Of a stretch of DNA of 64,000 bases, positions 22,801 through 30,980 are shown in pieces; position 1 is the first letter of the stretch; each line of letters opens with the position of its first letter. A program made the position numbers and the translations under genes. This DNA is from a virus. Location: the IMG/VR virus record IMGVR_UViG_3300005529_000030, positions 1 to 64,000 of that record; one strand, written 5' to 3'. The notes below the pieces were generated by a model, which saw only the letters and a list, made by a program, of their open reading frames with translations, was not told where the DNA came from and ran no database searches.

Positions 22801-23412
22801 TCCTAATGGCGGATACCTAAGTAACGGAATAGACCGAAAAGATAACGCGATGGGATATACAATTGAAAATTGTGTTCCATGTTGTCGAATCTGCAATCAA
22901 ATGAAAAGTAATAAATCATACGAAGATTTTATTACTCGTTGTTGGAAAATCACAAGAGGCCACAAGCCCTCTACTTTGGTAGAGTAACAACAAGCGTTGA
23001 CCTGTGGAAATATGCAAATATGGATAAGTTCGATAAAATCGCTGGCGCAGACCAGAAGATGGACATCGAACTTCCCGGCACTTCTATCGTATTACGACAG
23101 ACGCCTTTCGTAACTACGACGCCTAATTATTCTGGAACGACAAGCACCGCATATCGTACCTATATCTTCGGACAGTACGCAATGATTGGTGTTTGGCAGA
23201 ATGTACCAGGCGATACCGATTTGGGAGACGGAGATTGGCGCACTATTGACTGCAAGGTAGTTGAGAATGCACCAGCGTCTGCGTTTGACCCGGTTGGTAC
23301 AATCGGAAGCTGGTGTTCTTATAGATTCCACCAGACGGTAACTCTACCGCCTGCTCGTGGGGCAAACACTCAGCGCCTTCGCTTCATAGATAGCGTACCT
23401 GCTATTCAGTAG
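19804..23412 (+). CDS. major capsid protein (N4-gp56-like), 5 exons: join(19804..19868,20037..20063,20813..21081,22010..22259,22995..23412), 342 aa
   Basis: Exons sum to 1029 nt in one frame: MAGGPNP...SIL|FDKELIPNL|KGETDAFVVAAERRVQP...ELG|YQAGQS...NNSI|VDLWKY...FDPVGTIGSWCSY; GAGGG RBS; position after scaffold. Confidence 0.85.
19869..20036 (+). ncRNA. group I intron 1 (168 nt, no ORF)
   Basis: P1 CCU|C..GGGG with U-G; P3 TCTTCTC/GAGAAGA; P7 GACTA/TAGTC; terminal G. Confidence 0.85.
20064..20812 (+). mobile_element. group I intron 2 with HNH endonuclease
   Basis: Core ~20668-20812 closely matches intron 1 core; terminal G restores L-K-G-E frame. Confidence 0.85.
20080..20682 (+). CDS. intron-encoded HNH homing endonuclease
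   Basis: KFGRLTV..WNCLCDCG..SCGC DNA-binding module; CPVLG..SIDKI.P..Y..N...IS.RAN.IK. Confidence 0.85.
   Translation: MPKFDNLTGVKFGRLTVISRAPDAVSKSGFVYTRWNCLCDCGKEKTIYAGSLKRGVTVSCGCQLKQVWRRIGLSSIKHGGSSKDASVDKKIQFQILQHIRQRARANGYETDLELSDIPEVPDVCPVLGIKLKKGKGPLSDFSVSIDKINPNLPYLKKYKNNLRLISYRANRIKNDATIDELEKIILYIKMSRSEESENLL
21082..22009 (+). mobile_element. group I intron 3 with LAGLIDADG endonuclease
   Basis: P1 ACTTGGGU/GCCCAAGT; P10 CTTGAT/ATCAGG; P3 TCACGT/ACGTGA; P7 GACT/AGTC. Confidence 0.8.
21188..21952 (+). CDS. double-motif LAGLIDADG homing endonuclease
   Basis: YVAGILDAEG and YAAGYMDGDG. Confidence 0.9.
   Translation: MQRKSWPYVAGILDAEGTIVIGETNGGFYSKIKISNTNKKLMKWLVQNFGNVFYKNLNSRSNRSVLYEWNCLANQQEAFLLGVLPFLLVKKPQALTLLEFRRTESLEEKKKLCDRIKQQNQRLIENKTSFINSHNKDRFKYAAGYMDGDGGFYFGDSSHTRIYLTSIDFIIIKWFLANFGGKFYKYNSSNENHSDYFRWVLSGRKNKKLFLLGTIPYMILKREQAKNLLQIIDSSSVQTTNTREISSSEIKKES
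22260..22994 (+). mobile_element. group I intron 4 with HNH endonuclease in P9
   Basis: P1 TCCAU|C..GGTGGA; P3 TCAGTTC/GAACTGA; P7 GAACA/TGTTC; P9 CTTGTG/CACAAG; terminal G. Confidence 0.85.
22310..22987 (+). CDS. intron-encoded HNH homing endonuclease (true start probably ~22394-22427)
   Basis: KFGRL..WICQCDCG..KSCGC; CYYCG..NGIDRKDN..GYT.ENCVPCC..CN.MK. Confidence 0.85.
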   Translation: MTRTLGWERGPSETTQAERTNELTPNREMQCSVLVRIILLIGEKFGRLLVIKKAFSKHGRSRWICQCDCGKTYNVLGHNLRKGKTKSCGCLRKESARNLISFAKEKNFLSPGEAAFNVMYYTYKQHANERGLDFSLEKDSFRHLTQMNCYYCGDEPKDFFKPKAPNGGYLSNGIDRKDNAMGYTIENCVPCCRICNQMKSNKSYEDFITRCWKITRGHKPSTLVE

Positions 23413-23462
23413 TAACTTCTTTTTTTTCAATAACTTACAGACGAGTTAGTTACTCGTCTTAG

Positions 23463-23500
23463 TCGAGGGGCGCTCTTATGACGCGCTCCTCGGCGTTTTT
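23463..23500 (+). terminator. rho-independent terminator after capsid gene
   Basis: TCGAGGGGCGC...GCGCTCCTCGG followed by TTTTT. Confidence 0.6.
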
Positions 23501-23514
23501 CATAGGGAATAATA

Positions 23515-23973
23515 ATGCAATTACCCGATTCTCTTAGTTTAGCTGGGTTAAAGCCGGGAACCAAGGAATATGCTCGAATGACGGGTCGTAGATATTACTA
23601 TCGTCACCGTGACAAGGAAAAGGCCCGCACTAAAATTTGGCGATTGTCTAATCCCGATAAATATAAAAAATGGGTTGAGAAAAACAGAATTAAATTAATA
23701 CAAGCGGCTCGGCGACATGACCATCAAGTTACCTCTGAATGGTTTGAATTAAAATTGAAACAACAAAACGGTCGGTGTGCCATTTGTAATAAAATTCCAA
23801 AAAGATTTGATATAGACCACAACCATTCCTGTTGTCAAGGAAGGAAAAGTTGTCATAAATGTAATCGTGGTTTGCTATGTCGAAGTTGTAATACTTTTAT
23901 AGGGTTGGCAAAAGAATCTACAGATTTTCTTTTGTCCGCTATTAATTATCTACAACAGTATAATAAGGATTGA
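23515..23973 (+). CDS. endonuclease VII-type free-standing nuclease
   Basis: Q.GRCAIC..DIDHNH.CC....C..C.RGLLC..CN..IG. Confidence 0.85.
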   Translation: MQLPDSLSLAGLKPGTKEYARMTGRRYYYRHRDKEKARTKIWRLSNPDKYKKWVEKNRIKLIQAARRHDHQVTSEWFELKLKQQNGRCAICNKIPKRFDIDHNHSCCQGRKSCHKCNRGLLCRSCNTFIGLAKESTDFLLSAINYLQQYNKD

Positions 23974-23974
23974 T

Positions 23975-24610
23975 ATGGCTTATATAAAGCCCCCACTGCA
24001 AAATTTGCCTAATCCTTGGGAAGGAAGGCACGATTTCAAGGTCACGCGAGAAACAATAAGAAAACTTCTCGCGGGCGGCACCCCCAATTGGGTGAAGTGG
24101 CCGAAAGACTATAGAGCAATGGCTCAGGAGGCGTACTTAGCTGATAAAGAAGTATCAGATAAGATGATGTCTCAGTTCAAGATGGAAGACCAAGAGCTTC
24201 TGTTGAATGAACAGGCGCGTAAGGTCAATCCAATACGTACTAGAGATTTCATTGATAAGTTACGCAGAAACGGAGTCAAGTGCTACACCATTGATAACGG
24301 CTTCCCACCGTCAACAGTGGCACTATGGGCTTTCAAACCAGGAACTGATTGTGTCGTACCAGTGTGCTATCTCCAAGTGCCCGCCATGTACGAATGGTCA
24401 GTCCTGCGACTCGACAAACGCGGATTGCCTAATGGAGAGGCATTTCGCGGTTGGCGAACAGTCGAATCCGAACTTATCAAGAAAGGAATCATCTCGGAAG
24501 AAAAAGCTAACGAGATTTTTGGTAGGGTGGTTGATGGAGAAGTCAGCCATAGATTCCGAAGAACTATGTACTATTTTCGTAATAGGCGAGAATTAGCATA
24601 CAGTTCTTAA
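23975..24610 (+). CDS. hypothetical protein (head module)
   Basis: 211 aa, AAGGA RBS. Confidence 0.65.
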   Translation: MAYIKPPLQNLPNPWEGRHDFKVTRETIRKLLAGGTPNWVKWPKDYRAMAQEAYLADKEVSDKMMSQFKMEDQELLLNEQARKVNPIRTRDFIDKLRRNGVKCYTIDNGFPPSTVALWAFKPGTDCVVPVCYLQVPAMYEWSVLRLDKRGLPNGEAFRGWRTVESELIKKGIISEEKANEIFGRVVDGEVSHRFRRTMYYFRNRRELAYSS

Positions 24611-24656
24611 AGGTCCGTGACCTATATTTTTGGGCCGTGCCCAAGAGGAAAAATCA

Positions 24657-25187
24657 ATGAGTGATAATCAAAATAAAGCCCCTCAATCACCCGACAAGGC
24701 AGTATCGTCGGATTTGCTTCAAAGTCTTGTTCAGCTTCTTCTAGAGGAACGACGCGAAGCATTAGAAAGAAGAGAGGAGGCCAAAAAAGCGTTTGAGGCT
24801 AGGCGAAAGCAAAGGGAAATAAACGCCGCGCAGAACTTAGCCGATTTAAATCGCATACAATCAATTTGTAGTCATAGAAAAGGCGGAAAAGGGCTAAAAG
24901 GACCTAAAGTAGATTATGCCGTCTCATTCCATACTTTTATCAATGGCGAGAGTTACATTCGTTGTCTGATTTGTGGTATGAAGTGGAAGAACCGAGACAC
25001 CCAAGAGTTTTTGTATCGTCGCGGTAAGAAGATTCCTAATCATACGGGAATGGGTTGGCGCGAGGCATATAACATGGTTCTAGATAGTTCTAACACCGCA
25101 ACATCATCTGAAGTACAATTGACAGCAACAACGGAACCTTATGAAATTCCAGATTTTGAAAAGAGTCCGCATGCGGTTGAAATCTAA
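24657..25187 (+). CDS. coiled-coil + Zn-binding hypothetical protein
   Basis: CSH...CLIC; ATG 24657 after GAGGA. Confidence 0.6.
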   Translation: MSDNQNKAPQSPDKAVSSDLLQSLVQLLLEERREALERREEAKKAFEARRKQREINAAQNLADLNRIQSICSHRKGGKGLKGPKVDYAVSFHTFINGESYIRCLICGMKWKNRDTQEFLYRRGKKIPNHTGMGWREAYNMVLDSSNTATSSEVQLTATTEPYEIPDFEKSPHAVEI

Positions 25188-25253
25188 AACATGGGGGCTG
25201 ATTTACGTCAGCCCCATATTTCACAGATAAATTTTAAGTCGAGTTGGCTAAAA

Positions 25254-25772
25254 ATGGAAATTACGGATTTGGAAAAAAGAGTGGCTCTTTTAGAGCAGAA
25301 AGTAAAGAGCTATGAAAAAGATTCTCGTCGCGGTTTGGCAGGTCCTATTGGACCTCGCGGACCTCAGGGACCTCAGGGACCTCAAGGCGAGCGAGGAATC
25401 CAAGGAGATAAAGGCGACACAGGTCCGCAAGGTCCGCAAGGTCCGAAAGGTGACACAGGTCCGCAAGGTCCGAAAGGCGACACAGGTCCGCAAGGTCCGC
25501 AAGGTCCGAAAGGCGATAAAGGCGATAGAGGCGACATAGGTCCGCAAGGTCCGAAAGGCGACATAGGTCCACAAGGTCCGAAAGGCGATAAAGGCGATAG
25601 AGGCGACATAGGTCCACAAGGTCCGAAAGGCGATAAGGGAGAACCAGGAAGGGACGGCAAAGACGGACTTTCGGGGCCGAGAGGGCCAGCGGGAAACATT
25701 GAAGCCGCAGTTCAGGCGGCGATTGATGCCGTTATGAAACTTTTGAAAGAAAAAGGGTTGATAAATGGCTAA
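25254..25772 (+). CDS. collagen-like triple-helix repeat protein
   Basis: About 40 Gly-X-Y triplets ([15 protein letters not shown]) flanked by short coiled coils. Confidence 0.85.
   Translation: MEITDLEKRVALLEQKVKSYEKDSRRGLAGPIGPRGPQGPQGPQGERGIQGDKGDTGPQGPQGPKGDTGPQGPKGDTGPQGPQGPKGDKGDRGDIGPQGPKGDIGPQGPKGDKGDRGDIGPQGPKGDKGEPGRDGKDGLSGPRGPAGNIEAAVQAAIDAVMKLLKEKGLING
25350..25650 (+). repeat. tandem 9/27-bp repeats encoding collagen
   Basis: GGTCCGCAA / GGTCCGAAAGGCGAC units. Confidence 0.85.
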
Positions 25773-26844
25773 TTCTCAGAGCACGTTGACGCTACAACAG
25801 ATGTTGGATAAAATTTTGCCGCTAGGTGATATAAAACCAGTTTTGGCGGATGTTGCTGCGTATCAACTAGAACCATTTGTTACAATTTGTTCTGACGTAT
25901 ACGCAGAAATAGTAGGATTGCCGTTTCCTCATAAATGGAATGAAATAAAACTTCCTCAGTTTTATACAAACAGTTTTCAGCAAGATTATGCTCTTGTTAA
26001 TTTAGACGGTTCTAGCGTATATAATATTGAATGGCTCGCTCAAGGAATAGCCGTAGAAATTAGTTCTTCCGCTCAACCGAAACCGTGGGGATATGTGGAA
26101 TGTGGAAGAAGCCAAAGCCAAGCAACTGGAAGTTTATTACAGCCGATGAATTGGTCTTGGCCAACGTTTACTGCTAATTTACTTTATAACTATATGCAGT
26201 ATTATGGAACTTGGGGTGCGGCGAACACCGGAAATAAAACTTTTGGAAACAACCCAGGTCCAAACTCTGTTTATACGTCGCCGCTTGCTGGAACAACGCA
26301 ACAAGCCAATCCAATAACTCAAATCCAAGATACAAATGGAAATTTTCAGGTAGTTACTGTATATGGAACATGTGGAAGTACTCAACCTATTTGGCCAGCA
26401 CCTAACGCTGCGCCAGGAACGCAAACTGTTGATGGAACTACTGTTTGGACAGTTGTTGACCCGAACGGCCTCGGTGTAAGGATTTTGCCAGTTCCATCTC
26501 AGACGGGCGTAGTGTTTCAGTTTAATTTAATCGGCCAGAAGCCAGCAATTCAGTTTACAAGTCTCGACCAAACATTCGACCCATTTCCCGACAAATACCA
26601 AAGTTATTTGAGGCAGGGAATTATTGCTCAGTGTTATAGATACAGCAGCGACCCTAAGGTTCAGGCTAAGTTTGAAAAAAATTATCAACTTTGGCAAAAG
26701 AGTTTATTAGACCTTAGAGAACTTGAAGACCGAGAACTCGAAGAGTATAGATTTGTTCCCGAAAGAACTATATTTGGCGCTGGAACAACTGGTCGAGTAA
26801 GTTATGTAGGTCCGGCGTATCCGTTCAATTATCCGTGGAGATAA
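25765..26844 (+). CDS. putative head-tail adaptor protein
   Basis: Helical ends with KWN..QQDYAL pattern; T.DGTTVWT insert. Confidence 0.55.
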   Translation: MANSQSTLTLQQMLDKILPLGDIKPVLADVAAYQLEPFVTICSDVYAEIVGLPFPHKWNEIKLPQFYTNSFQQDYALVNLDGSSVYNIEWLAQGIAVEISSSAQPKPWGYVECGRSQSQATGSLLQPMNWSWPTFTANLLYNYMQYYGTWGAANTGNKTFGNNPGPNSVYTSPLAGTTQQANPITQIQDTNGNFQVVTVYGTCGSTQPIWPAPNAAPGTQTVDGTTVWTVVDPNGLGVRILPVPSQTGVVFQFNLIGQKPAIQFTSLDQTFDPFPDKYQSYLRQGIIAQCYRYSSDPKVQAKFEKNYQLWQKSLLDLRELEDRELEEYRFVPERTIFGAGTTGRVSYVGPAYPFNYPWR

Positions 26845-26847
26845 ACA

Positions 26848-27561
26848 GTGGCAAATCTTCTTAGCGATACTATTAATTATATTCGCCCGTTTTGTCGCTA
26901 TCAAGAGGCGAATATCGGTACAAATAACATGCCTATTATAGGCATTGCGAATATAGTTCGGAACGTCATATTAGCTGCGCCGATGAGATGGAATTTTAAT
27001 CGTTCGGAAAATTCATCTTATACTTTATCTACAGGTGTTCAAGATTATACTTTAGCTATATCAGATTTTGGATATTTGGAAAGAGCGTCGGTAAAAGACC
27101 CAGATGATGGGAAGTTTTATGAAATACCCGACGTTTTAAATAACGCTTCTTTGGCGCGGTCTAGTTTGCCCACTGGCCGTCCTCAGACAGTTTCTATACA
27201 TAACATATCCGGCCCAATTTTAAGGTTTTCTGCGGTTCCAAATAAAAATTATTCGTTGTATTTAGTTTATCAGAAAGTTGCATCACAATTTGTAGCAATA
27301 TCAGACCAATGGTCTCCGATTCCCGATACGCTTTCGGATGTTTATAACAATTTGTGTTTAGGTTATTACATGGACAGTTGTCAAGACCCAAGAGCGCCAC
27401 AATATATAAGCAAAGGTATTGCCAGTTTATTGGCGCGTCAGAGCGGTTTATCAGAAATGGATAAGGCCATATTTGCCCAAAGTTATATGAATTTGAATTC
27501 AGCTTTTATAACTCAGGGCTTGGAAACACAACAAGGTCGTCAAGCACAGGCGGTTAGATAA
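26848..27561 (+). CDS. putative adaptor / tail tubular A-like protein
   Basis: WNFNR..GVQDY..GRP....L.F..VP.K.Y adaptor pattern. Confidence 0.6.
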   Translation: MANLLSDTINYIRPFCRYQEANIGTNNMPIIGIANIVRNVILAAPMRWNFNRSENSSYTLSTGVQDYTLAISDFGYLERASVKDPDDGKFYEIPDVLNNASLARSSLPTGRPQTVSIHNISGPILRFSAVPNKNYSLYLVYQKVASQFVAISDQWSPIPDTLSDVYNNLCLGYYMDSCQDPRAPQYISKGIASLLARQSGLSEMDKAIFAQSYMNLNSAFITQGLETQQGRQAQAVR

Positions 27562-30500
27562 TGGTTGGATTATTTGAAAGCGCGGGAGCACAGCCACGTA
27601 ATCCATCTCGTGGAAAGCCAATTCATGTTGCGAGAATGGAAACGGGTTTATTCACAAACAGAAATGCCCTTCATGACCCTGCCCAATATGTTATTTCAAA
27701 ATTTTATGGCGGTTACATTGACGCTTTAATTGACGGAAGTAACATGGAAGTTTCAAATCAATTAAGTTTGATTCGACGCCCAGGCTTATCAAGATGGTCT
27801 AGTGTGGCAATACCAGACCAAGTGAATTGGTTCTATAATTGGAGAACCTTAACTCAAGGTTTGAAGGTTATAGTAGACACTGCAACCGCTACCTATCTTC
27901 AAACTCCTACAACACAGCTACAATTGTTTACTAAATCTGCGGGCGCGGGGCAGGGATATTATCAAGGCGTCGCAGATACTCTTTATTATGGCGACGGCAT
28001 AGACCTTCAGAAAGTTCAAGTTAACGGAAATAACAAGATAGGTCCGTATAATTGGGGAATTGCAGCCCCTACGTCTGCGCCCACAGTAACTGAAAAAACC
28101 GTAACGGCTGGAACGACGTGGGTAGCCAACACTGTTTGGTCAACGATGGGTATTATTTTTGACGCTACATCTGGAACTTTACAGCAGCTAATTTCCGTTA
28201 ATGCGTCAGGAACAAATACTACTCAATTCGGAACGTCTGGAACAGGCGAACCCGCGTGGAATTTGACTCCCGGAAATACTACGTCTGATGGAACAGTAAC
28301 TTGGACTAATTTTGGTCCCGTTAGATTGTGGAAAGCTAATCAACTTTATAATAACTTTAATGTGGGCGGAACTCTTACAAATCCTTGTATGATTTACGAC
28401 CCTACCACAAACACTTTACAAGGAAATACAAACGCCGGAAACGCTCAAGGAACTTCTGGAACATCCAAACCTGCTTTTAATGCAACTGCTGGTGGAAACA
28501 CATACGACCCAATTGGGGATGCTCCACCAGGTGTAAAATGGGTTGCCATACCGCCCAATGTGCCTCGAACTATTGATGGTGTCGGAAAATGGGCTAAGAA
28601 TACTGCATATACTAAATGGGGCGTTTCGGGTTCGACAGCATTTTCTGCGGTTCTCGTTCCTTATACGCTCCCGCCGCCGAACGGGGACGGCTCTCTAGGA
28701 AAATCCGACATATTTTTAATGGTTTGTACGACCGCTGGAACGTCTTCTAACACTCCCGTTCAACCACATTTTTCATCGGTTGCCGGAACGCCGACTCCAG
28801 ACGGTGATTTGATTTGGATGAGCTTGGGTTCGGCTACTTATCAAAGTTCTCATGCTTATACCGCATGGACAGTTCAAGGAGCCGTATTTTCTGCGATAAA
28901 AGATTCTAATAATAATATCCAAGTATGTACAACGTCGGGAACGACGGACGTTGCGGCCAATGCGCCAGGAACAACAATAAGCGGAACTATAACAGTGGCC
29001 AATGCTGTTGGAGGCAACACGGTTTATACGCTTCCTTCTTCTCAAAGTTTTACAACAGGCCGTCCTGTAGTTATTTCTGGTTTTACAAATGCTGCGAACA
29101 ACGGTACGTTCAATGTTGTAAGTTCTTCGGGAACCTCTCTTACGGTTAATAATTCGGCTGGAGTGGCCGAAACAAGCGCGGCAACCGTTGTTTATAATCC
29201 ATTTGGAACAGCATACGGACAATCAACACAAGATGGCTCTGTTGTTTGGGTTTGTGTGGGGAATTCCATGACTTGGGCTGCGAGCACAAAATGGTATTTG
29301 CCTAGCGCGGGTTTTGTTCCTCCCGTGGGTTCCGTAACTTATGGCGGAGCATCCGTAATAGATTCAAACAATAATATTCAGTCTGTTATAGCCAGCGGTT
29401 TAGGCGGAGCGTCTGCGCCATCTTGGAGCACGGGAATAGGAAATACTACCACTGATAACGCCGCAACATGGATTAATGTGGGAGCAGCTTCGGCAAATTT
29501 CTTTACTTGGACTAAAGGTTATCAATACGCATATTCATTTTCGGCTAGAACATCGAATGACCAATTCAATACTACCACTCCGCCTGGTTGGGGATTGCTT
29601 CCGAACACGGGCGGCCCGCTAGGACCGCCAACGGGTTCTAAGTCTGGAGGCGTTTCAACTGCATCGCCTTTGGCGACTATTACAGGGCCTAACGGAGGAA
29701 CTGGAGCGGCCAACTTCTTGCAAGGAGTAGGCTCTACCGACCCACAAGTGGATACAATTATTATTTGGCGAACCTTGGATGGCGGCAGTACATTGTTTTT
29801 CTTAACGGAAATTCCGAATCCCGCGCCAAACGGAAACAATCCAGGAAATTGGTCTTTTACTGATTTTCTTTCGGATTCTGTGGTTAATGAATTGATTCCT
29901 GCGCCAATTAATCATCAGAATGACCCGCCGCCCGCTGGATTTTTACCGATGGCGTATCATTTTGAAAGGATTTGGGGAGCGGTTGGAAATTTTGTTTTCT
30001 GTTCGGGCGGACCTGATGTTCAAACAGGAAATCCTAACGAGTCATTTGACCCCGCAAATTTTTTCGAGTTTCCTAGCCCTGTTACGCGCATAGTTCCCAC
30101 GGCAACAGGAATTTTGATTTTCTTGACTTCGGATATATACGCCATTCAGGGCGGGCCTGTGTTTGACACATTTTTTCCGACTCCGATGATTCCGGGAGTG
30201 GGTTTATTGCATTTCAATGCTTTGGATGTTTATGGCGGGGTTATTTTTATGTACACCGCCGACAACCAACTTATGAGCATTGACCCAAGTAGCGGAGTGA
30301 ATCGAATTGGCGGACCGATTGCGGATAAATTGCAGTTGTTCGACGCTTCTAAAGTATATGTGACGGTACATCAAAGCGGAAATGATAATGCCGTTTTTGT
30401 TTCGGACGGGCAAACGGGATGGTACAGATTAAATCCGAATCAATTTCCGAACGGAAATGCAGTTTGGAGTCCGTTTGCCATGATTACAAATGGAGCGGGA

Positions 30501-30980
30501 GCGGTTCAATCCATAGAAGTATCTCCAGGAATACATAGATTGTTGGTTGGAGGTATTGGAAATAATACTCACATTTTACAAAGAGACTTTAGCACTTATC
30601 AGGATGACGGAACAAATTATACTTGTTTCTTCACTATGGGAAGCATTAATTTAGTTCATCCAGGTCAAATTGCAGGTCTTACTTTTATAAATGTTAGAGC
30701 TACTAGAGTCGGAAGTTCTCCGACCGTCTCTTTTTTGCTGAACGAGATAAACGGAACGTTTACAACTTTTCCTGAGTCTCAGCCATATCCTTGGCAGATT
30801 TATGGAAGTACCTTACAGCCGACAAGTCTTTATTCAAACGCTTATTATTTCAGGCCGACAGGAGTTCCCGCTTTGGCGGAACATTTGCAGGTTAAAGTAA
30901 GTTTTCCAGCCGAAAATTTTGCTAATGAAGTTTTGACGTTAACTATTTTCGGAGTTATCGAACAGCCTCCAGAGGAATAA
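27561..30980 (+). CDS. tail tubular B / stabilization-like protein with large repeat insertion
   Basis: 1139 aa; L.RRPGL near N-terminus, repeated T.DG.V.W units, beta-propeller-like C-terminus. Confidence 0.6.
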   Translation: MVGLFESAGAQPRNPSRGKPIHVARMETGLFTNRNALHDPAQYVISKFYGGYIDALIDGSNMEVSNQLSLIRRPGLSRWSSVAIPDQVNWFYNWRTLTQGLKVIVDTATATYLQTPTTQLQLFTKSAGAGQGYYQGVADTLYYGDGIDLQKVQVNGNNKIGPYNWGIAAPTSAPTVTEKTVTAGTTWVANTVWSTMGIIFDATSGTLQQLISVNASGTNTTQFGTSGTGEPAWNLTPGNTTSDGTVTWTNFGPVRLWKANQLYNNFNVGGTLTNPCMIYDPTTNTLQGNTNAGNAQGTSGTSKPAFNATAGGNTYDPIGDAPPGVKWVAIPPNVPRTIDGVGKWAKNTAYTKWGVSGSTAFSAVLVPYTLPPPNGDGSLGKSDIFLMVCTTAGTSSNTPVQPHFSSVAGTPTPDGDLIWMSLGSATYQSSHAYTAWTVQGAVFSAIKDSNNNIQVCTTSGTTDVAANAPGTTISGTITVANAVGGNTVYTLPSSQSFTTGRPVVISGFTNAANNGTFNVVSSSGTSLTVNNSAGVAETSAATVVYNPFGTAYGQSTQDGSVVWVCVGNSMTWAASTKWYLPSAGFVPPVGSVTYGGASVIDSNNNIQSVIASGLGGASAPSWSTGIGNTTTDNAATWINVGAASANFFTWTKGYQYAYSFSARTSNDQFNTTTPPGWGLLPNTGGPLGPPTGSKSGGVSTASPLATITGPNGGTGAANFLQGVGSTDPQVDTIIIWRTLDGGSTLFFLTEIPNPAPNGNNPGNWSFTDFLSDSVVNELIPAPINHQNDPPPAGFLPMAYHFERIWGAVGNFVFCSGGPDVQTGNPNESFDPANFFEFPSPVTRIVPTATGILIFLTSDIYAIQGGPVFDTFFPTPMIPGVGLLHFNALDVYGGVIFMYTADNQLMSIDPSSGVNRIGGPIADKLQLFDASKVYVTVHQSGNDNAVFVSDGQTGWYRLNPNQFPNGNAVWSPFAMITNGAGAVQSIEVSPGIHRLLVGGIGNNTHILQRDFSTYQDDGTNYTCFFTMGSINLVHPGQIAGLTFINVRATRVGSSPTVSFLLNEINGTFTTFPESQPYPWQIYGSTLQPTSLYSNAYYFRPTGVPALAEHLQVKVSFPAENFANEVLTLTIFGVIEQPPEE

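Noticed and set aside
22939-23412. Stand-alone 157-aa gene
   Set aside because: It is capsid exon 5; the TTG start lies inside intron 4
25290-25699. Repetitive ORFs in other frames/strand
   Set aside because: Shadows of the collagen repeat
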